This document shows positions 26,908-33,454 of a stretch of DNA of 54,069 nt, one piece after another (position 1 is the first letter of the stretch; the number at the start of each line of letters is the position of its first letter). The notes under the pieces were generated by a model that had not been told where the DNA came from, did not search any database, and saw only the letters and a list, made by a program, of their open reading frames with translations. Origin of the DNA: Candidatus Parcubacteria bacterium (lineage in GTDB: Bacteria; Patescibacteriota; Minisyncoccia; Phycocordibacterales; UBA2100); assembly GCA_003599175.1 (NCBI GenBank), contig QZIY01000024.1:1-54069 (forward strand), written 5' to 3'. Position numbers and translations under genes: made by a program.

Positions 26908-27114
26908 CTAAGGCAAGAAAACTTCCTCTACTCTGACTCCGAGAGCCAAAGCGATCCGCTGGGCTGTTTCGAGATTCGGACGCTTCCGTCCTGTCTCGTA
27001 CCGGCTGATCGCAGTGTTATGCCTAAAACCAAGGATTCGGGCTAGCTGGTATTGCGTTAGCCCTTTCTTGATTCGAAGGTCACGGAGTTTTATATTCACT
27101 GGTGATTTGTTCAT
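26908..27114 (-). CDS. XRE-family HTH regulator (Cro-like)
   Basis: LRIKKGLTQYQLARILGFRHNTAISRYETGRKRP. Confidence 0.8.
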   Translation of the reverse strand: MNKSPVNIKLRDLRIKKGLTQYQLARILGFRHNTAISRYETGRKRPNLETAQRIALALGVRVEEVFLP

Positions 27115-27143
27115 ATGTTTAACTTTTAGACCCCTACAGTCAT

Positions 27144-27259
27144 ATTAAGCAATTTTGCTTAATAGGTCAATATATTAGCATGTGGATAAGCAAAGTTGCT
27201 TAATATTTACTAATTTGCTATAGTTAAGCAATCAAGGTCGTCATTAATCGCTTAAGCAA
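27144..27259. promoter_or_regulatory. operator cluster of the divergent cro/cI-like switch
   Basis: Perfect palindrome ATTAAGCAA-TT-TTGCTTAAT (27144-63). Near-palindrome ATAAGCAA-AG-TTGCTTAAT (27186-204). Half-sites TTAAGCAA at 27224 and 27252. Confidence 0.65.
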
Positions 27260-27270
27260 AATCAACGAAT

Positions 27271-27987
27271 ATGTCATTTGGTTCATATCTAAAAAAACAA
27301 AGGGAATCGAATAATTGGACTATAAAAGAGCTGGCCGAACGGCTCGGTTTTTCGTCGAGCTACATCAGCCAGCTGGAGAATGGAGCTCGCATCCCGTCCC
27401 AAAAACAGCTGGCCATTTTTGCTAAGGCTTACCAACTCCCCGAGGAGGAAGTCAGGAAGCAGTGGACGGAGGGAAAGATCCAACAGGTCAGTAAGGACGG
27501 TAATTACAAATTTGGCATCACAGATGCCGGTGATAAGCGTGTACACGAAGTCGCCAATAAACTCGAAGAGGGATTGGAGGAATTAAAAAAAAGTTTTTCC
27601 GGTGACGGCCATTTTAAATTGCCAGTACTCGTAGCAATTCCTATTGATGATCTCGATGGTCATCTGAGTCGAACGAGTGACTTTGTGTTATTGCCAAAAG
27701 ATAACGTCATACCGGGTCACCGAGTATTTGGACTGCGTGTGTCCGATCTGACGCTCCCCGATGCCGGCATTCTTTCCGGAGACTTCATCATTCTCGATGC
27801 AGACATTCCTGCAAAGAATGGCGACATCGTGATCATGAGTACACCGGATGGTCTGGTCATGAGTTATTACCAAGAACGGGGCGATCACCTCGAACTTCGG
27901 CCGGAGAGAGATGGTTTCAAAAAGACCTACCATCTCCAAGAAAGCAAAATGATAGGTCGTCTGGTCTATCACATAAAAAAATACTAA
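27271..27987 (+). CDS. CI-like repressor: XRE HTH plus S24/LexA-like C-terminal domain (catalytic dyad apparently degenerate)
   Basis: WTIKELAERLGFSSSYISQLENGAR. C-terminal GDFIILDADIPAKNGDIVIM...LELRPE. Confidence 0.8.
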   Translation: MSFGSYLKKQRESNNWTIKELAERLGFSSSYISQLENGARIPSQKQLAIFAKAYQLPEEEVRKQWTEGKIQQVSKDGNYKFGITDAGDKRVHEVANKLEEGLEELKKSFSGDGHFKLPVLVAIPIDDLDGHLSRTSDFVLLPKDNVIPGHRVFGLRVSDLTLPDAGILSGDFIILDADIPAKNGDIVIMSTPDGLVMSYYQERGDHLELRPERDGFKKTYHLQESKMIGRLVYHIKKY

Positions 27988-27992
27988 TCGCC

Positions 27993-28019
27993 AGGGCTCT
28001 CCACCAAACGGAGAGCCCT
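27993..28019 (+). terminator. hairpin downstream of the cI-like gene (possible terminator)
   Basis: AGGGCTCTCC-accaaac-GGAGAGCCCT. Only a weak T-run follows. Confidence 0.4.
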
Positions 28020-28087
28020 CAAGCATTTTAGAGAATAAAAAGTAAAGAAAAGGTCAAAAATTATTAAAGAATTTATAAACTAAAATC

Positions 28088-29653
28088 ATGAACTACTTAA
28101 TCTACGGCCGTGTCTCTACCTCTCGTCAGGCCGAACGAGAACTGAGTATTCCGGCACAGGTGAAAGCATGTCAGAAGTACGGCATGGATCACCACTGGAC
28201 TCTCGCACCAGACGGCATTTATGAGGAAAAGGGCGAATCAGCTCGAACAGTTGAACGTCCACAGCTTCAGAAAATGCTTCACCGAGCAAAGACGGACGGC
28301 AAGGTCGATGTGATCTTGATGCACAAGTTGGACCGTATGTGTCGTAACGTCGCCGACTATGCGGCCATAAAGATGATGCTCAAAAAGCACGACGTCCGAT
28401 TGATCTCGGTGGTCGAGCAGTTCGACGAGTCTTTCTCCGGAGAGCTGGTCGAGAACATCATGTCGTCGATCGCTCAGTGGACGTCCCAGAACATCAGCTG
28501 GGAGGTCAAGAAGGGTCTCAAGGAGGCCGTAGAGCGTGGTCGTTTTCCCGGATACGCACCAACCGGTTACTTAAACGATAAGAAAACAAAGTCACTCATC
28601 GTCGATACTCTGCGAGCACCATTCGTAAAGATGGCGTTTGAGTTCTACGCCACCGGCAAGTACAGCTACGATTCACTTGCCGCCGAGCTTGCTAAGCGTG
28701 GCTTCAAAAGCAAATACGGAAATCTGGTGAGACGAACATCGATCGAGCATATCCTGATGAACCCGATCTACTACGGTCTGGTTAAAACTCGTTCAGCAAC
28801 GTGTCAGTCAAGTTTTCCGACACTCATCACCAAAAAACTCTTTGACGACGTTCAGGAGATCATCCAACAGCACAATCACTCTGCCGATCGCAGTCGTAAG
28901 CATTCATATCCGATGGCTGGATTCATGCGATGCGCCGTCTGTGGTTCTACACTTTGTGGGCAGACGCAAAAAGGTCATCTCTACTACGCATGCACCCATT
29001 GGAACGATAAGACCTGTTCGGAGCGCAAATACATCCGCTGGGAGACGGTTGAGGATCAGGTCGCAAATCATCTCTCAAGAGTGCAGTTGCCTGATCGGTT
29101 TAAGAAGGTCTTGGATGCCTACTTCCAGCACTTCGCCAAGGAGCGAATGGGTCAGGAAGAGAGGGAGCGAAAGACTCTCAGGCAGGAGCTAGTAAGGGTG
29201 CAACAGCAGATCCGGAACATCGTCGTGGATCGCTCAAAACGCATCATAGACGCTGATGTGTTTATAAAGATTCAGGACGAGCTCTTAAAGGAGAAAGAGA
29301 TGTATCAGGAACGTTTGTCGATCCTTGAGGGTAAGTCGGACAAATTCGTGCAGAAGTTTAACGAGATACTCGACTTTACGGAGCATGCTGATAAGGTGTT
29401 CCGAACCAGTGGCATGCACCAGAAGCGAACGCTGGTGAAGCTCTGTTTTGAGGGCTTCACGGTGCAAAATCAAAAACTGACGCCAATATGGACGCCAGTC
29501 TTTGATGTTCTTATGGACTTAAACTCTAGCAATTTCGAACCCCCAAAAGTCGGTGGCAAGGGCTCAAAAACTCTTGCCGTGACTAAGGTTCAAAGTTGCC
29601 AATCTGGCGGAGGGGGAGGGATTCGAACCCTCGATACGGTTTTACCCGTATAG
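28088..29653 (+). CDS. large serine recombinase/integrase (copy 2); last ~15 codons overlap tRNA-Ser on the opposite strand
   Basis: YGRVSTSRQ...LDRMCRN catalytic domain, recombinase domain, Zn-ribbon CAVCGS...YYAC, coiled coil. The C-terminal GGGGGIRTLDTVLPV is a translation of the tRNA complement. Confidence 0.85.
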   Translation: MNYLIYGRVSTSRQAERELSIPAQVKACQKYGMDHHWTLAPDGIYEEKGESARTVERPQLQKMLHRAKTDGKVDVILMHKLDRMCRNVADYAAIKMMLKKHDVRLISVVEQFDESFSGELVENIMSSIAQWTSQNISWEVKKGLKEAVERGRFPGYAPTGYLNDKKTKSLIVDTLRAPFVKMAFEFYATGKYSYDSLAAELAKRGFKSKYGNLVRRTSIEHILMNPIYYGLVKTRSATCQSSFPTLITKKLFDDVQEIIQQHNHSADRSRKHSYPMAGFMRCAVCGSTLCGQTQKGHLYYACTHWNDKTCSERKYIRWETVEDQVANHLSRVQLPDRFKKVLDAYFQHFAKERMGQEERERKTLRQELVRVQQQIRNIVVDRSKRIIDADVFIKIQDELLKEKEMYQERLSILEGKSDKFVQKFNEILDFTEHADKVFRTSGMHQKRTLVKLCFEGFTVQNQKLTPIWTPVFDVLMDLNSSNFEPPKVGGKGSKTLAVTKVQSCQSGGGGGIRTLDTVLPV

Positions 29654-29696
29654 CGATTTAGCAAACCGCCGCACTAGGCCACTATGCGACCCCTCC
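29605..29696 (-). tRNA. tRNA-Ser (anticodon GCT) with encoded CCA
   Basis: Reverse complement: GGAGGGG...GCGGT-TTGCTAA-ATCGC...TATACGGGTAAAACCGTAT...GAGGGTTCGAATCCCTC-CCCCTCC-G-CCA. The 38-nt variable arm/T-arm block is identical to tRNA 8265..8353. Confidence 0.9.
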
Positions 29697-29714
29697 AGTG
29701 TGATGCATCGTACT

Positions 29715-30710
29715 TCAGTTCTTGTATCTCTTCAAATGTTTTGGATTATGGCTTCCAATCAAAGCAAAATACCTTTTTAGATCTGCCTTACTGTCTAACC
29801 ATACGTCATATTTCGTAACGCGCGGATTCAAACCTATATCGGCGAGAATTTTTGCAACGCTTATCTGAAGCGGACGCGAGTGGCTGCAAAAGGAGAGCTT
29901 TTTATAATTATACCGTTTCCCACTGGCTATATACGAATGCGTAAAAATTGTTCCATCTGTATCGATGAGCCCACGCACACAAGCGATAGAATAATCTCTG
30001 TTTTTCTTTATCCAATCAGGAATGTCGAATTGCTGCGCTACCTTATTACCGATTGGCAAACCGTGCTCGTGCAAATACAAAACAAGTGCTTTTCTCGATA
30101 TGGTGATGTAATTCACAGAATTTTTGGGGTGATGGTATGTTTGCGGCGTCAGTTTAAATAATCGCTTAATCAATCTGGTCACAAAGCGGCTGTAGGGAAG
30201 ATCAGCGACATGATGCAAACTTATCACCACTTGATATTCGCTGATACCACCATCGCCCATAAGGATTCCAAAAAATTCAGCGAGCTCAGCGCTCTGTCTT
30301 GGGGTATGGATCTTTTTGGGCTGCAGGATCGGTGATTCACTCAATTTGCCCTCTTGATCCCACCACTTCTTCCACGCTGCATTTCGCGTTGTCTCATCGA
30401 ATTGCATCTTCCCGTATTTCTTGATGACAGCTTGCGCCCCCTTCAGGCCCGCAACCTTCGCGTGTGCATATCTTTCTCGCGTTTGCATACGCTTTGGCAA
30501 TGGCACATTCGATGTTCGTGATAGGAGTTGCGCACACGCGAGCGGCATCGGAAACTTTTCGCGACTCCAATCACGCAGCGTGCGCATGGAACAATGACAG
30601 AGGGCGGCCATTCGCTCCATGCCTATCCGTTCTTCGACAGCCAACAAGAATTTTCGCTGCTCGCCGCGCTTGAGTACGATCCGAGGACTAGATATAAACG
30701 ACTCTAGCAT
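29715..30710 (-). CDS. free-standing LAGLIDADG-family endonuclease-like protein (copy 2)
   Basis: LAEFFGILMGDGG and ACVRGLIDTDGT. Roughly two-thirds identical by eye to 7251..8246. TGgTAAAAT lies 6 nt upstream of the ATG. Confidence 0.8.
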   Translation of the reverse strand: MLESFISSPRIVLKRGEQRKFLLAVEERIGMERMAALCHCSMRTLRDWSREKFPMPLACAQLLSRTSNVPLPKRMQTRERYAHAKVAGLKGAQAVIKKYGKMQFDETTRNAAWKKWWDQEGKLSESPILQPKKIHTPRQSAELAEFFGILMGDGGISEYQVVISLHHVADLPYSRFVTRLIKRLFKLTPQTYHHPKNSVNYITISRKALVLYLHEHGLPIGNKVAQQFDIPDWIKKNRDYSIACVRGLIDTDGTIFTHSYIASGKRYNYKKLSFCSHSRPLQISVAKILADIGLNPRVTKYDVWLDSKADLKRYFALIGSHNPKHLKRYKN

Positions 30711-30818
30711 GTCTCCATTTTACCACATCTTCGATGAATTTATTCTCGTGTTTTGCAAAAGACTAGAATAAGAAAAAGCGACTCTTTTTAGGCACGAAGC
30801 ATTTGGTATATTAAACGC

Positions 30819-31724
30819 GTGCAAACTTTTGAAGAGACGAGAAGCGATGTTGGGCAGAAGCAGTATCAGGTGCTCCTCTTTTATCGCTACACTCACATTG
30901 AAAATCCGCAGGCGGTGAAGACCGCTGTCGTTTCGCTCTGTGAAAAATATGAGCTGACGGGCCGCGTGATTGTCGCGGAAGAAGGCATCAATGCCACCCT
31001 CGAAGGCACGGTAGAGAATACCGAACGATTTGTACGAGATTTTCTTGCAGATCCACGGTGGGCAGAGGTGCAGATCAAAAGGAGCGCGAGCTTCGGAAAT
31101 AGCTTCCCAAAGCTTGTCGCCAAAGTGCGCCGCGAAATCGTGGGTACTGGATTTGCGAGGGAAGAGGCAGATCCAACGGTCCGCACCGCCCCGCGCATTT
31201 CGCCGGAGGAGCTGAGAGCGTGGTACGAAAGGGAGGAGGATTTCCTGGTCGTCGACATGCGCAATACATATGAATACGCTTCGGGACATTTTAAGAATGC
31301 GATCGATCCGGGCATTTCTGCTTCGCGCCATCTGCCACTCGCGATGCGCAAGCTCGAGCCGCTTAAGAATAGGAAAGTGCTCACGGTATGCACCGGCGGT
31401 GTGCGGTGCGAGAAGATGTCGGCCTACCTCCTCAGCAAAGGATTCAATAATGTGTATCAACTCGACGGCGGGATACATTCGTATATGGAGAAATATCCGG
31501 GCAAAGATTTTCAGGGGACGCTCTATACCTTTGATCAAAGACAGACGATGCACTTCGGAGGAGAAAGAGAAATTATCGGCACATGCCACCTGTGCGGCAC
31601 GACCACCGAGCGCTACGCTGATTGCGCCAACGACACCTGCCACCTCCACTTCCTCGCCTGCGACACCTGCCGAGACGAAGATGACCGCGCATTCTGCAGC
31701 GAGGTGTGCAAGCAGGTGCTGTAG
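30819..31724 (+). CDS. trhO: rhodanese-domain tRNA U34 hydroxylase-like protein (TrhO/YceA, UPF0176)
   Basis: LLFYRY N-terminus, rhodanese loop CTGGVRCEK, C-terminal Cys cluster CHLCG...C..C. GTG start lies 6 nt after TGgTATATT. Confidence 0.75.
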   Translation: MQTFEETRSDVGQKQYQVLLFYRYTHIENPQAVKTAVVSLCEKYELTGRVIVAEEGINATLEGTVENTERFVRDFLADPRWAEVQIKRSASFGNSFPKLVAKVRREIVGTGFAREEADPTVRTAPRISPEELRAWYEREEDFLVVDMRNTYEYASGHFKNAIDPGISASRHLPLAMRKLEPLKNRKVLTVCTGGVRCEKMSAYLLSKGFNNVYQLDGGIHSYMEKYPGKDFQGTLYTFDQRQTMHFGGEREIIGTCHLCGTTTERYADCANDTCHLHFLACDTCRDEDDRAFCSEVCKQVL

Positions 31725-31780
31725 GGGAAGTATGCTCAATCGCTACGGATGAAGAGGAAGAAAAGGAGTAAAATGATTAA

Positions 31781-32480
31781 ATGAGCGACGAGGACCTTCA
31801 AATTGAGGCAACTGCATTGGCATTTGTAAAGTCACACGAGAAGGACATTATCGAGAAGTTTTGTGGTTCGTGTCAGCAGGTAATAACACCCGTGTCTCTT
31901 TTTATGGCCGGCTCCCCGGGAGCAGGGAAAACAGAAGTTTCAACAAGCTTGGTACGTCGATTTGAAACAGTGCCTGTTCGTATTGATGCTGATGAAATAC
32001 GTTCAATGTGCCCTGGTTATACGGGTGCAAATGCTCATGTGTTTCAGAAAGCAGCGACTAAGGGAGTGCATATTCTGTATGATCACGCGCTTCGTACAAA
32101 CATTCACGTGATATTGGATGGAACATTTGCGTATGCAGATTCCCTAAGAAATATCGAACGATCAATCGATCACAAGCGAAAGGTAGAGCTTTGGTTTATC
32201 TATCAAGACCCAGTGATGGCATGGAAGTTTACGCAGGCGAGAGAGGCCCTCGAATCACGTCGTATATCGAAGGATACGTTTATTACAAGCGTTCATAAAG
32301 TCCAAGGAAAATGCGAAGGCCGCAAAGGAAGCGTTCGGTCCTTCACTTACCCTTAACCTCCTTATTAAGAATATAGACAACAGTGATGGTAGTCTGCATC
32401 TCAATATCCAAAGCACTGATCTTGACCCACATATCGGGCAAGCCTATACTGCAGATGAGCTATCGCGCTTACTGGTATGA
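31781..32480 (+). pseudogene. zeta-toxin-family P-loop kinase interrupted by a +1 frameshift near 32220-32300
   Basis: MAGSPGAGKTE Walker A and RIDADEIR. Frame 1 stops at 32356. The next frame reads on as AFIKSKENAKAAKEAFGPSLTLNLLIKN... to a TGA at 32478-80 that overlaps the next ATG (ATGA). Confidence 0.55.
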
Positions 32481-32677
32481 CACAATATATTCTCAAATTA
32501 CTTGGCTTCTCCCGAGGCGAAGCTCCCACAGAAACCGACGATTTTTCGGAGTTTTTTCTTCATGCTAAGTCAAAAACAAAAGCAAAGGTGATGCGTGAGA
32601 TTATGCGGGAAGCAACAGAAGAGCAGGAAGCGCTTCTTCGGCGCTATCAAGATAGCAAGCTAAGCACTGTAAAGTAA
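32477..32677 (+). CDS. hypothetical 66-aa protein, start overlaps the extended zeta-toxin frame
   Basis: ATGA overlap. Charged helical composition. No homology recognised. Confidence 0.35.
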   Translation: MTQYILKLLGFSRGEAPTETDDFSEFFLHAKSKTKAKVMREIMREATEEQEALLRRYQDSKLSTVK

Positions 32678-32778
32678 TCAGCTTGTAAGGTCTCATCTCC
32701 CTTGGATTTCTCCGTTTCCATAAAATGCCTGCCCGGTAGTCTCTATACTGCCGGGAAGATTTGTGGGATAGTGAGGAA

Positions 32779-33033
32779 ATGGCGAAGAGAGAATTTACGC
32801 ACGACGAGGCGAAGCGGATCGGGGAGGCTCTTGGTATCGACTTTTCAATCGTTGATCTGGAGCAATTTCGCATGGGGCTCGGTGTGGAGCTTGAGCATGG
32901 GGCGCATGACAGGGAGACCAATGTGACGGGGGACGATGAGTTGATGACCGGGAAAATTGCCTGGGCGCATCTCAAAGAAATTCCCGATTACTATACGCGC
33001 CTCTCTCAGATGGAGGCCGAGGCCGAAGCATAG
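32779..33033 (+). CDS. small conserved hypothetical (DUF5661-like)
   Basis: MAKREFTHDEAKRIGEALGIDF...LGVELEHG. ATG lies 6 nt after the GATAGT of the 12-mer TTGTGGGATAGT. Confidence 0.45.
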   Translation: MAKREFTHDEAKRIGEALGIDFSIVDLEQFRMGLGVELEHGAHDRETNVTGDDELMTGKIAWAHLKEIPDYYTRLSQMEAEAEA

Positions 33034-33087
33034 GCAGGAGCGTATCGCGCCGTTGGCACAGGAGGGGTTTTGTGGGATAGTTTTGGC

Positions 33088-33453
33088 ATGGCCGAGAGGA
33101 AGACAGCGACTTTGCAGAATTTGGAAAAACAGGTGATCGCGTTTCGTGACCTGCGAGATTGGAAGCAATTTAATAATCCCAAAGACTTGGCCTTGTCACT
33201 TTCACTCGAAGCGGCGGAGGTGTTGGAGCATTTTCAATGGAAGGCGACGCCGGAGGATATTGAGAAGCACATTAAGATGCACAAAAAGGAGATCGGGGAA
33301 GAGCTTTCGGATGTGCTCTATTGGGTGCTCACGATGAGCCATGATCTTGAAATAGATCTTGCCGATGCGTTTGAGAAAAAGATGAGAAAGAATGCCAAAA
33401 AATATCCCCTCAAAAAATCCAAAGGCAAGAGCGCCAAATACAACCAGCTCTAG
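33088..33453 (+). CDS. MazG-like nucleotide pyrophosphohydrolase
   Basis: RDWKQFNNPKDLALSLSLEAAEVLEHFQW...EELSDVLYWVL...KMRKNAKKYP (EExxE/D-type MazG core). Confidence 0.8.
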   Translation: MAERKTATLQNLEKQVIAFRDLRDWKQFNNPKDLALSLSLEAAEVLEHFQWKATPEDIEKHIKMHKKEIGEELSDVLYWVLTMSHDLEIDLADAFEKKMRKNAKKYPLKKSKGKSAKYNQL

Positions 33454-33454
33454 T

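Larger units (their letters stand above)
25387..29653. mobile_element. small integrative element (Zn-ribbon, rep-like HTH with internal ori, cro/cI switch, large serine integrase) abutting tRNA-Ser
   Basis: Gene content and position next to the tRNA 3' end. The left boundary is only a guess (the terminator after the multicopper oxidase); no att repeat was identified. Confidence 0.45.

Noticed and set aside
30720-31739. 339-aa ORF on the minus strand
   Set aside because: It lies antisense to the TrhO-like rhodanese gene (CTGGVRCEK active-site loop on the + strand). It is a shadow ORF.
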